Of a stretch of 64,000 nucleotides of DNA, positions 9,746 to 18,748 are shown one piece after another. A program made the position numbers and the translations under genes. Source of the DNA: an uncultured Acidimicrobiales bacterium (GTDB taxonomy: Bacteria; Actinomycetota; Acidimicrobiia; Acidimicrobiales; CADCTF01). Within the stretch, counting starts at the first letter, position 1, and the number at the start of each line of letters is the position of its first letter. Location of the stretch: NCBI GenBank assembly GCA_902805655.1, contig CADCTF010000053.1, positions 5,664 through 69,663 on the forward strand. Direction: 5' to 3'. Under the pieces are notes generated by a model. That model was given only the letters and a program-made list of their open reading frames with translations, searched no databases and was not told the DNA's origin.

Positions 9746-10525
9746 TCAGGCCGGTTCGCGCTCCGGTTCGGACATGCGTGAGCGGAGCTGGAGAACGGCC
9801 TTGGTGTGGATCTGGCAGACGCGGCTCTCCGTGACCCCGAGCACCTCGCCGATCTCGGCGAGCGTCAGGCCCTCGTAGTAGTAGAGCGTCAGCACGATCT
9901 TCTCTCGATCGCCCAGCCGGTTGATGGCCCCGGCCAGGATCTGCTTCATCTCCTCCACCTCGTACGCGGCGACCGGGCCCTCGCCCTTGTCGGGCAGGGT
10001 GTCGCCGAGGGTCGTGGACTCACCCCGCTCGCCGCCCGAGAACATCTCGTCGAGCGCGGCGAGGCCCACGAAGCTGATCTGGTTGTAGATGGTGAGCAGG
10101 TCGCTCTCCCCGATGCCCATCTCGACCGCCACCTCGGCATCGGTGGGCGTGCGCAGGAGGCTCGCCTCGAGCTTGGCGTACGCCTTCTCCACGTTGCGCG
10201 CCTTGGCGCGCACCGAGCGCGGCACCCAGTCGATGGATCGCAGCTCGTCGATGATGGCGCCCTTGATGCGGGCGATGGCGTAGGTCTCGAACTTGATGTT
10301 CCGGGTCGGGTCGAACTTGTCGATGGCGTCGATGAGGCCGAACACGCCGTAGCTCATCAGGTCGGACTGCTCGATGTTCTGCGGCAGGCCGACCGACACA
10401 CGCCCGGCGACGTACTTGACCAGCGGGGAGTAGTGGACGATCAGGCGGTCGCGCTCGGCCCGGCCACCATTGGCCTTGTAGTCCATCCATAGCTGCTGGA
10501 GCGCGCTGGCCTCGTTCTCGTCCAC
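9746..10525 (-). CDS. whiG: Group-3 sigma factor, FliA/WhiG family
   Basis: [33 protein letters not shown] and the C-terminal [27 protein letters not shown]. Start set at GTG 10525 (GAAGGA SD); the ORF extends to 10582. The whiG-M23-rpsB order matches Streptomyces. Confidence 0.85.
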   Translation of the reverse strand: MDENEASALQQLWMDYKANGGRAERDRLIVHYSPLVKYVAGRVSVGLPQNIEQSDLMSYGVFGLIDAIDKFDPTRNIKFETYAIARIKGAIIDELRSIDWVPRSVRAKARNVEKAYAKLEASLLRTPTDAEVAVEMGIGESDLLTIYNQISFVGLAALDEMFSGGERGESTTLGDTLPDKGEGPVAAYEVEEMKQILAGAINRLGDREKIVLTLYYYEGLTLAEIGEVLGVTESRVCQIHTKAVLQLRSRMSEPEREPA

Positions 10526-10644
10526 GAACCGTCCTTCACGTACAACAGGGATTGAGAACCAAGGGGCCGCCGGCTCGAGCAACGCGAGCCGGTGATCTCT
10601 TCGCCGAGTCTAGACCGGCATCTGAGAAAAAAGCACTGTGCGCA

Positions 10645-11805
10645 TCAGCCAGAGCGGTCAGCGTGGCCATGACGCTCCCACCAGCCCCCGCCGCCGCGTA
10701 CACGCCCCAGGACCTCCAGCCGGTTGAGCGTGACGGCCGCGGCACTCAGCGAGAGACCGGTGCGGCGCAGGATCTCGTCCGTGCGGGTCGGCGTCCAGTC
10801 CACTGCTCGGAGGACGATCTCGGCGGTGGGATCGAGCGCTGCCGGCCTCGTCACCGATTCGACCGCACCCTCGGGTGACCGTTCGGTCGGGAGCCGGCGG
10901 CCGGCGAGCGACAGCGCGACCAGGACGTCGTCGACATCACGTACCGGCGTCGCACCGTCGGCCAGGAGCTGGTTGGTGCCGGTCGACTGGCCGCTCATGA
11001 TCGAGCCGGGCACGGCGAGCACCGGCCGACCGCGCGCATGGGCGTGGTCGACCGTGTGCATCGACCCGCCGGTGGCCCGGGACTCGACCACCACGACCAC
11101 GTCGGCCAGGCCGGCGATGATGCGGTTGCGAAGGGGAAAGCGCCATGGCTCCGGCGCGGTGCCGGGAGGCGCCTCGGTCAGGAGCACGCCCGCCGTTGCC
11201 ACCCGCTGCCACAGCCGGGCGTGCCGGCGTGGGTACACGACGTCCAGGCCGCTGCCGACGACGGCGGTCGGTGGAGCCGCCGTGGCGGCGAGCGCGCCTT
11301 CGTGGGCCGCCCCGTCGATGCCCAGGGCCAGGCCGGAGACGACGACCACGCCGGCCTCCGCCAGCTGGCGACCAAGCAGGCGGGCCACATCTCGCCCGTA
11401 GCCGGTGGCGGCTCGGGTGCCGACGAGTGCCGCGGCTGGAGCGGTGACGTGCTCGAGGCACCCCTCGAAGAAGAGCACCGGAGGGGGCTCCGGGTCTGCG
11501 GCCAAGGGAGGCGGGTAGCCGGGCCCCCCGAACCAGACGGCGGAACGGCCGACGTCACGCATCGCGGCCCACGTGGCGACCACGTCGTGGCGGCGGGCCG
11601 TGGACGTCCAGCGCGACGACACCTCACGCGCCGAGGCGCCGAGCACCGAGGCCACGCTGGGAAGAGAGCGGACCTCCCCGGCGGACACGGCGCGCCAGAC
11701 GGCCTCCGGGGAAGCCGCACCGATCAGTGCGGTCAACCGGCGCACCGTCATCAGAGGCAGCGACGCCAGCGCGGCGGCGTACGGCGCCTGCGAATCGTCG
11801 GTCAT
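10645..11805 (-). CDS. dprA: DNA-processing protein DprA (Smf)
   Basis: VVSGLALGIDGAAHEGAL and GGSMHTVDHA motifs, with a C-terminal winged-helix-like tail. ATGA overlap with the comM stop. Confidence 0.9.
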   Translation of the reverse strand: MTDDSQAPYAAALASLPLMTVRRLTALIGAASPEAVWRAVSAGEVRSLPSVASVLGASAREVSSRWTSTARRHDVVATWAAMRDVGRSAVWFGGPGYPPPLAADPEPPPVLFFEGCLEHVTAPAAALVGTRAATGYGRDVARLLGRQLAEAGVVVVSGLALGIDGAAHEGALAATAAPPTAVVGSGLDVVYPRRHARLWQRVATAGVLLTEAPPGTAPEPWRFPLRNRIIAGLADVVVVVESRATGGSMHTVDHAHARGRPVLAVPGSIMSGQSTGTNQLLADGATPVRDVDDVLVALSLAGRRLPTERSPEGAVESVTRPAALDPTAEIVLRAVDWTPTRTDEILRRTGLSLSAAAVTLNRLEVLGRVRGGGGWWERHGHADRSG

Positions 11806-13316
11806 GCCTGCTCGAGCAGGTCGATGTCGGTGCGCAGCTCGAGCGCACCGCACACGTGCTCCTCACCGATGACGTCAGCGCCACCGAGATCGGCGATCGT
11901 GCGAGCCACCCGATGGATGCGATGCAAGCCGCGCGCCGACAGCGCTCCGGTACGCAGCTTGAACTCCAGCACCGCGGTGGCGGGCGCATCCATCGGCGCA
12001 AGCAGGTCGAGCAGCTCGGACGGAAGCTCGGCGTTCGCACGCACCCCCCGACCTGTCGCCCGGGCACGGGCTTCGACCACTCGACCGGCCACGACCCGTG
12101 ACGGCTCGAGGTCGGGGCTGGCATGTGGTGCCAGCAGGTCCTCCACCAGCGGCCGCATCACCGGGACCCTCAGATCGAACCGGTCGAGCAGCGGACCGGA
12201 GAGGCGCCGGCCGTACCGCTGGCGGGCCTGCTCGCTGCAGCGGCATGAACCGGGTGGACCGCCGTCGCCGCAAGGGCACGGGTTCATCGTGCCGACCAGC
12301 TGGAAGCGGGCAGGGAACGCAACCGTCGCCTTGGCCCGGGCCACCCGCACCACCCCTTCCTCGAGCGGTTGCCGCAGTGCATCCAGCACCGCCGCCGGGA
12401 ACTCGGCGATCTCGTCGAGGAGGAGCACCCCTCGATGGGCGGTGCTGATCTCGCCCGGCCTCAGCCAACCGCTTCCTCCGCCGATGAGGCTCACCGCGGA
12501 TGCCCCGTGATGCGGAGCGCGAAGCGGAGGCCACTCGACGAGCCCGCTGGGCGGCAGGGCCAGGCCGGCGGCGGAGTGGACCCTCGTCACCTCGAGCGCC
12601 TCCACTCGGTCGAGCGGGGGGAGCAGCCCGGGGAGCCGGCGGGCGAGCATGGTCTTGCCGGCACCGGGTGGCCCGACGAGCAGCACGTGATGCCCCCCGG
12701 CGGCGGCCACCTCCATGGCCCAGCGCCCGTGTGGCTGGCCGCGCACGTCGGCCAGGTCGGGCATGGGCGCCGGGAGCGACACAGGCGAAGGAGGCGGATC
12801 GTCAGGCCAGGGGGACGTGCCGAGGAGCGCATCGACCAGCTCCGTCAGGTGCTCCACAGGGCGGACGCGGTGGCGGCGCGGGAGCCGAGCTTCCACGGCA
12901 CTGGCGGCGGCCACGACGATGGTGGGTGCCGTGACCGCGTCGACGAGCGACAGCGTGCCGGGGACGGGCCGAACGGACCCGTCGAGGCCCAGCTCGCCGA
13001 GGAACGCGAAGTCCCGCACGGCCTCGGCCGGCACCACGCCGTCGGCCACGAGCACCCCCACCGCGATCGGGAGGTCGAGTGCGGCGCCGCCCTTGCGGAT
13101 GCTCGACGGCGCCAGGTTCACCGTGATCCGGCGCTGCGGCCACGCCCGCCCGCTGGATAGGAGCGCGGCACGGACGCGGTCCCGAGCTTCGCGACATGAG
13201 GCATCGGGCAGTCCGACCACGGTGAAGCAGGGGAGCCCGTTGGAGACATGGACCTCGACGTCGACGGCATGACCGTCCACGCCGAGGAGGGTTGCAGCGG
13301 GGATGCTGGCGGTCAC
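11802..13316 (-). CDS. comM: YifB/ComM family Mg-chelatase-like AAA+ ATPase
   Basis: Lon-protease-like N-domain, Walker A GPPGAGKT, LLDEIAEF and a CPCG zinc insertion. Start set at GTG 13316 (GAGGAG SD); the ORF extends to 13367. Confidence 0.9.
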   Translation of the reverse strand: MTASIPAATLLGVDGHAVDVEVHVSNGLPCFTVVGLPDASCREARDRVRAALLSSGRAWPQRRITVNLAPSSIRKGGAALDLPIAVGVLVADGVVPAEAVRDFAFLGELGLDGSVRPVPGTLSLVDAVTAPTIVVAAASAVEARLPRRHRVRPVEHLTELVDALLGTSPWPDDPPPSPVSLPAPMPDLADVRGQPHGRWAMEVAAAGGHHVLLVGPPGAGKTMLARRLPGLLPPLDRVEALEVTRVHSAAGLALPPSGLVEWPPLRAPHHGASAVSLIGGGSGWLRPGEISTAHRGVLLLDEIAEFPAAVLDALRQPLEEGVVRVARAKATVAFPARFQLVGTMNPCPCGDGGPPGSCRCSEQARQRYGRRLSGPLLDRFDLRVPVMRPLVEDLLAPHASPDLEPSRVVAGRVVEARARATGRGVRANAELPSELLDLLAPMDAPATAVLEFKLRTGALSARGLHRIHRVARTIADLGGADVIGEEHVCGALELRTDIDLLEQA

Positions 13317-13414
13317 GACGCTCCTCGACACGGGGGGTACTGAGGAGGGGGCCCGTCGCCGGCCCACCGAGGCGTCGGTGCGAACCTACCCGGCGACGGT
13401 GACAGGCGGAAGGG

Positions 13415-14314
13415 CTACGCCGTGGCGACGGGCTCCATCGTGAAGGTGCCGAGCCCTTGTCCCATCGCGAAGGACACCTGGAAGGAGCGGCTCGCACCTT
13501 GGTCGACCAGCTCCAGCGGCAGGATCTTGTCGCCGTTGACGGCGTTCGTGGGGCCGAGCACCATCCCGTCCATCAGCCTGATCTCACCCGAGATGCGCAC
13601 GGCGTTGGCCCCCGGCGCCACCGTGGAGAAGCTCACGATCGAGCGGTGCTCCGGCGCCACCCAGCCGGCTTCGAAGTCGTAGGCGCCGACCAGCACCCGG
13701 TCACTGACCGCCTCGACCGAGGTGTCGTGCCACCCCTGCCCCGTTTCGCCGTAGAACGGCCACTCGTGCTTCGGTGCCCGGATCTGGAACCCGTAGTACT
13801 CGTGGTCGGATCGCACGAGCTCGAGATAGGTCCGATAGACGCCGGGAATGACTCGAGTGGCATCGGTGACGACTCCGCGGTCCCGCAGTGAGTTCAACAC
13901 CGGTACCTGCAGCTCATCGAGCAGCGCAGTGTCGATCAGCTCGGCGATCACCACGTCGGCCGCCGGGAGCTCGGCCGCGGCGGCGTCGGCCTCCACCACT
14001 CGGATCACGTCGCCGAACCCGTTGCAGTCGGCGGTGTGTCGCAACGCTCGGGCGAGCATGGGGTCGATCTCCACCGCATGCACCTCCGTTGCACCTGCGG
14101 CGGCGGCGAAGAGAGACAGGATCCCAGTACCGGAACCGACGTCGACCACCCGCATGCCGGGACGCACCACGGTCTCGATCGCCTGGCGAAACGCCAACGT
14201 GCGGGGCTTGTCCTTCAGGCACATGTACGGAAAGTCCGTGCTGGACCAGATGTCTGCGCTCACGCGCGCCTCCTCGATTGGGCCAAGGGAACTTAAGCGA
14301 ACGCAATTGGTCAT
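13415..14314 (-). CDS. SAM-dependent methyltransferase with protein-arginine-methyltransferase (PRMT)-like fold
   Basis: Motif I VVDVGSGTGILS, post-I HAVEID, a double-acidic loop AELIDTALLDE (compare PRMT SExMGxxLxxE), then a ~150-aa C-terminal domain. Start set at ATG 14314, because the longer ORF would overlap the divergent gene. Confidence 0.7.
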   Translation of the reverse strand: MTNCVRLSSLGPIEEARVSADIWSSTDFPYMCLKDKPRTLAFRQAIETVVRPGMRVVDVGSGTGILSLFAAAAGATEVHAVEIDPMLARALRHTADCNGFGDVIRVVEADAAAAELPAADVVIAELIDTALLDELQVPVLNSLRDRGVVTDATRVIPGVYRTYLELVRSDHEYYGFQIRAPKHEWPFYGETGQGWHDTSVEAVSDRVLVGAYDFEAGWVAPEHRSIVSFSTVAPGANAVRISGEIRLMDGMVLGPTNAVNGDKILPLELVDQGASRSFQVSFAMGQGLGTFTMEPVATA

Positions 14315-14348
14315 CAGGGACCCATGAGGACCGGCCGATAGAGCCAAC

Positions 14349-17300
14349 GTGATGGCTCGCGCGTCGAATCGGTACCTGGTGATTGCGTCGGCTGCCGTCG
14401 CGATCAGCCTGCTGCTGCCGACCACGCTCGCCCTGCTCATGCTGCAAGGCATCGCCCTCTCGGGTTGCGTCGCCACGCTCGTTGGCATCCGGCGCGGCAC
14501 CCCGCAGGGAAAGCACTGGTATCTGCTGCTGGCCGGCGCCAGCTCCTTCCTCGTCGGCACCCTCGTGCGAGAGGCGCACGGCGCCCTGATCGGCGAGCCC
14601 AGCCCGTTCCCCTCGCCGGCCGACGCGCTGTACTACGCCGGATACCTGAGCCTCATCAGCGCGTTCCTCGTGCTGATCCGCAGCCGGAGGGCCCGTCGAG
14701 AGCCGGCCAACCTCGTCGATGCTCTCATCATGGGCGCCGGGCTCGGCATGGTGATCTGGTCGTTCGTCATGACCGCGTACTCGGCCCAGGGCGACATGCC
14801 GCTCGTCGCCCGGGTCATGGCCGGCGCCTACTCCGTGCTGGATCTCATCCTGCTCGGCGTGCTCTCGCGGGTGGCGGTCGGCTCCGGTGAGCGCAACCGG
14901 AGCTACTACCTGCTTGTGGCCACGATGGTGCTGCTCGTGGCGGCCGACCTGCTGGCCACCATGGCGACGCAGACACCATGGCTCGGGCCCCTCGCACTCG
15001 TCTGCTCGACGCTCTGCTTCGTGACGGGGGGGGCGGCGTCGCTGCACCCGAGCATGAAGCGCCTGGACCGGCGAGCGGCACCGTCGGTACCAGTGCTGAC
15101 CAGGGGTCGACTCGCCGTCCTCTTCTGCGCCCTCGCGCTCGGCCCCCTGGCCCTCGCCGCAGCCAGGGCGTTGGGGCACAGCGTCAACATGGCGACCGTC
15201 ATCGTCGGCGTCTCGGTGCTCAGCACCCTCGTGCTGGCCCGTATGGCGGTCCTCGTGCGTGCGAACGAGGCGCGCATCCGTCGAGAAGGTGCGCTCCGCC
15301 GGGCCAGTGAGAGCATGATCGCCTCCACTACCCGAGAGCAGATGCTGGCCGGTGTCACGATCGCTGTCAGCGAGCTCGGCCTCGCCGTCCCAGGGCGGGG
15401 CGTCGTGGGGCTGCACTCGCGCATCGTGCAGCTGGACAGCGGTGGTCTGGTGATCGACACCAGCTCGGCCTCACTGCACGGCCGGCACGCCACCGAGCTC
15501 CTGTCATCGGAGGCCCAGGGAGCCCTTTCCTCGCGCCACACCACCGTCCTCGGCGCGGACCCCTGGACGGAGCCGGACGCTGATGCATCGCCGTCGGCCA
15601 CCGGCTGGGTGGTGTGCCCACTCGTGAGCCAGAACGCCGTGCGGGGTGCGCTGATCGTGAGCGCCGCCTCTCCGATGTCACCCGAGCTGGTGGAGGGGCT
15701 CACGGGCCTGACCGCAGAGCTGGCACTGGCCCTCGAGACCGCGGCCCTCGTGGAGGACCAGCATCGCCGGCACAGCGAACGTCGGTTCCAGGCCCTCATC
15801 GAGAACTCCAGCGACATCATCCTCATCGTCGACGCCGACCGCGTCATCACCTATGCCAGCCCGGGCGTCGCTCACGTCCTCGGCTATTCCTCCGAGCAGG
15901 TGCTCGGCTTCTCCCTCGACGCGTTCCTCCCGGCCGAAGAGGTGCCCGCACTCGCGTCCGCCCTGCAAGCCAGCGCCGCTCGGCACGCTCGCCACGAGCT
16001 CGTGGAGATCCGGGTCATCGACGCGGCAGGCGCGTGGCACGTGCTCGAGGCGACCGCCAACGACCTTCGGCACGACCCGGACGTGGGAGGGATCGTCCTC
16101 AACGCCAGGGACGCCACCGACCGGAAGACACTCGAGAACGAGCTCCGGCACCAGGCGCTGCACGACACGCTGACCGGCCTGTCGAACCGGGCGCTCTTCA
16201 CCGACCGGGTCGGCCACGCCCTCTCGCGTCGCACCGAGGGCTCGGTCGCGGTGCTCCTCATCGACCTGGACGACTTCAAGACCGTGAATGACAGCATGGG
16301 CCACGCCGCCGGTGACCAGCTCCTCGTCGCCGTCGCCGACCGGCTCCGCACCTCGCTGCGCACCTCCGACACGCCGTCGCGCTTCGGGGGCGACGAGTTC
16401 GTCGTGCTGCTCGACGACAGCCAGACGGACGCGCAGGTGGACGACGTAGCCGACCGTGTGCTGAGCGCCCTTCACGCCCCCTTCAGCCTGAACGGGCGGG
16501 AAGTCAGCATCACCGCCAGCATGGGCGTCGCCGTCGACCCGAGTCGCTCGACCACGGCGGAGGTCCTGGTGCGTAACGCTGACGCGGCGATGCACTTGGC
16601 CAAGCAGCGCGGCAAGGGGCGCCGCGAGAGCTACCACGAGGACATGCACCTGCTTGCGCTGGAGCGGCTCGAGCTCAGGAGCGACCTGGCTCGGGCGGTC
16701 GAGCGCGAGGAGCTGGTGCTGCACTTCCAGCCGATCGTCGACATGCAGACCGGCCGTACGAAGAGCCTCGAGGCGCTGGTGCGCTGGAACCACTCGACTC
16801 GCGGGGTCGTACCGCCGCTGCAGTTCATCCCGCTGGCCGAGGAGACCGGGCTCATCGTGCCGATGGGGGCGTGGATCCTGGAGTCGGCCTGCCGGCAGGT
16901 GCGGAGCCTCGAGGGCCGCGGGTGGGACGACGTGATGCTCACGGTGAACGTCTCCGTGCGTCAGCTGCAGACCGACCGCCTGGTGGAGGACGTCCTTCGC
17001 GCCCTGAGGCTCTCGGAGCTTCCGGCGCAGCGCCTGGCCATCGAGATCACCGAGAGCATCCTCCTCGCCGACACCGACGAGATCCGCGACCGACTGGATG
17101 ATCTGAGGAGCCACGGCGTGAAGGTCGCCATCGACGACTTCGGCAGCGGCTACTCATCCCTCGGCTATCTCCAGCGCTTCCCGGTGGACATCCTGAAGCT
17201 CGACCGCAGCTTCGTGGAGGACATGACCGCCCACCCCGAGCGTCAAGGGGTGGTTCGCGCCGTCGTCGACCTGGCCCAGAGCATGAACCTCCGGCTCGTG

Positions 17301-17465
17301 GCCGAGGGGATCGAGACCGTCGATCAACGCGACGCGCTGCAGACCTGCGGCTGCCGGTACGGCCAGGGGTATCTGTGGTCGCGGCCGGTGCCCCTGGGCG
17401 AGCTGGTAGAGCCCCACGAGGCCACCACCCCGCAGGAAGGCGCCTCGAGGAGCTCGGTCAGCTGA
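14349..17465 (+). CDS. Membrane sensor PAS-GGDEF-EAL protein (diguanylate cyclase/phosphodiesterase)
   Basis: 1038 aa. About 9-10 N-terminal TM helices, a PAS-like segment, RTSD-N5-GGDEF (I-site plus A-site), and an EAL domain with EALVRW, DDFGSGYSS and KLDRSF. Confidence 0.9.
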   Translation: MMARASNRYLVIASAAVAISLLLPTTLALLMLQGIALSGCVATLVGIRRGTPQGKHWYLLLAGASSFLVGTLVREAHGALIGEPSPFPSPADALYYAGYLSLISAFLVLIRSRRARREPANLVDALIMGAGLGMVIWSFVMTAYSAQGDMPLVARVMAGAYSVLDLILLGVLSRVAVGSGERNRSYYLLVATMVLLVAADLLATMATQTPWLGPLALVCSTLCFVTGGAASLHPSMKRLDRRAAPSVPVLTRGRLAVLFCALALGPLALAAARALGHSVNMATVIVGVSVLSTLVLARMAVLVRANEARIRREGALRRASESMIASTTREQMLAGVTIAVSELGLAVPGRGVVGLHSRIVQLDSGGLVIDTSSASLHGRHATELLSSEAQGALSSRHTTVLGADPWTEPDADASPSATGWVVCPLVSQNAVRGALIVSAASPMSPELVEGLTGLTAELALALETAALVEDQHRRHSERRFQALIENSSDIILIVDADRVITYASPGVAHVLGYSSEQVLGFSLDAFLPAEEVPALASALQASAARHARHELVEIRVIDAAGAWHVLEATANDLRHDPDVGGIVLNARDATDRKTLENELRHQALHDTLTGLSNRALFTDRVGHALSRRTEGSVAVLLIDLDDFKTVNDSMGHAAGDQLLVAVADRLRTSLRTSDTPSRFGGDEFVVLLDDSQTDAQVDDVADRVLSALHAPFSLNGREVSITASMGVAVDPSRSTTAEVLVRNADAAMHLAKQRGKGRRESYHEDMHLLALERLELRSDLARAVEREELVLHFQPIVDMQTGRTKSLEALVRWNHSTRGVVPPLQFIPLAEETGLIVPMGAWILESACRQVRSLEGRGWDDVMLTVNVSVRQLQTDRLVEDVLRALRLSELPAQRLAIEITESILLADTDEIRDRLDDLRSHGVKVAIDDFGSGYSSLGYLQRFPVDILKLDRSFVEDMTAHPERQGVVRAVVDLAQSMNLRLVAEGIETVDQRDALQTCGCRYGQGYLWSRPVPLGELVEPHEATTPQEGASRSSVS

Positions 17466-17473
17466 GGAGCCGG

Positions 17474-18055
17474 TCAGCCCAGCTCGATCTGCGCCATCTC
17501 GATCGGGTCGTGCCACGGCTCGGCCTTGAACACGGCCACGACCAGGGCGCAGGTCGGTGTGCCGTCATCGCTGACCGCCCCACGTACGACCTTCCGCACC
17601 GGCCCGAACCGCTGCTCCGGCCGTCCCGCGCAGAGTGCCCTCAAGCTGGCGTCGATCTCGGCGCTCACCACGTGGCCGTCGGTGCCCTCGTGCTCGACGA
17701 AGAGACCTCGACCCGTGTGCGCCTCCTGCACCCAGCCGATGCCGGCCCACGCCTCTGCGCCGGGACCCTCCACCCGTTCGTGGGCCATCACCACGTAGAG
17801 GCGGTCCCCCCATTCGCCGGCGGGGCTCACCGGCCCACTGAGCACCTGCACCCTGCTGGCCGGCGGCACGACCGAGCTCAGGCAGAGAAGGTTGAAGTTG
17901 TGCACCCCCGCCGCTCGCAGGGCGGCGTCGAAGGCCGACAGCTTGGTGGGGCCCTGGCCGGTGCCGGTGGCCACCTGGATGGTGAGCGTCGGTGCTCCCG
18001 ACGAACGGCTCTGGGATCCGAGGGAACGGTTCGCCTCGTCGAGGCTGCGGATCAC
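17474..18055 (-). CDS. pdaD: Pyruvoyl-dependent arginine decarboxylase (PvlArgDC/PdaD family)
   Basis: 193 aa. GTGQGPTKLSAFDAALRAAGVHNFNLLCLSSVVPP resembles the archaeal/chlamydial PvlArgDC core, including the Ser-Ser self-cleavage site. The GTG start overlaps the upstream TGA (GTGA). Confidence 0.8.
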   Translation of the reverse strand: MIRSLDEANRSLGSQSRSSGAPTLTIQVATGTGQGPTKLSAFDAALRAAGVHNFNLLCLSSVVPPASRVQVLSGPVSPAGEWGDRLYVVMAHERVEGPGAEAWAGIGWVQEAHTGRGLFVEHEGTDGHVVSAEIDASLRALCAGRPEQRFGPVRKVVRGAVSDDGTPTCALVVAVFKAEPWHDPIEMAQIELG

Positions 18056-18678
18056 CTCGGGTTCCTGAGCTCGAGGGCGTAGTACGACTGGACGTCGATC
18101 TTGTGCTCGGCCACGTCGCAGGTGCGTCGCAGCAGCATGGCCACGACCCGTGGCAGCTGCACGGTGGTCGAGTTGTGCTCGCAGCAGTCGAAGGCCGCGA
18201 GCCCGTCGTTCCCGGCGACGACCTGTGCCGCCACCCGGAGAACGGCCGCCAGGGCTGCGCCCCTGCGGTAGCCGGGGTGCACCAGAAGGGCCCCCACGTA
18301 GTAGATCGCCTGCCTGGCGTAGTGGTCGGGGAAGCGGTGGCGGTAGTACGGGACGCTGATCCAGGGCACGGTGGTCAAGTCGTTCGAGATGAACACCATC
18401 GATGCGGCCACCCCGTCGACCCAGGCCACGAACTTCAAGACGGCCGGGTTGGCCATCTCCTCGATGAACTCGGCGTCCGTGTGCGACTGGCGGCCGGCGG
18501 CGGTGATCTCCAGCTCGGCGAACGACTCCCGGTAGAGCGCCAGGAAGTCGGCGACGAGCTCGATGGGCAAGCCCGTGTACGTCTTCACCACCAGCTCGCC
18601 GGGCGCAACAGTGGATGTCGATGGCGTACTGGCTGCGGAGAGCGGTGGACTGGATGCACTGAGTGTTGGAGCGGCCAT
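18052..18678 (-). CDS. GNAT-like acyltransferase (family not identified)
   Basis: 209 aa from ATG 18678, with strong SD GAAAGGAGG. The LLVHPGYRRGAALAAVL segment resembles the GNAT acyl-CoA-binding motif A. Translationally coupled to pdaD. Confidence 0.55.
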   Translation of the reverse strand: MAAPTLSASSPPLSAASTPSTSTVAPGELVVKTYTGLPIELVADFLALYRESFAELEITAAGRQSHTDAEFIEEMANPAVLKFVAWVDGVAASMVFISNDLTTVPWISVPYYRHRFPDHYARQAIYYVGALLVHPGYRRGAALAAVLRVAAQVVAGNDGLAAFDCCEHNSTTVQLPRVVAMLLRRTCDVAEHKIDVQSYYALELRNPR

Positions 18679-18748
18679 GCCCCTCCTTTCGGACTCGTCG
18701 GCCGAGAATGAAGGGAACTGGAGGACCATTCGGGTTGGAAGCCCGTCA

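Noticed and set aside
14334-14341. GCCGATAG, close to the FliA/WhiG -10 consensus GCCGATAA, lies 8 nt upstream of the GGDEF-EAL start. This is tempting as a WhiG-dependent leaderless promoter.
   Set aside because: No TAAA-like -35 is present at the required 15-16-nt spacing (the sequence there is CAGG/TCAG). A 7-mer of this composition is expected several times by chance in 64 kb. Worth testing only if transcription-start data exist.
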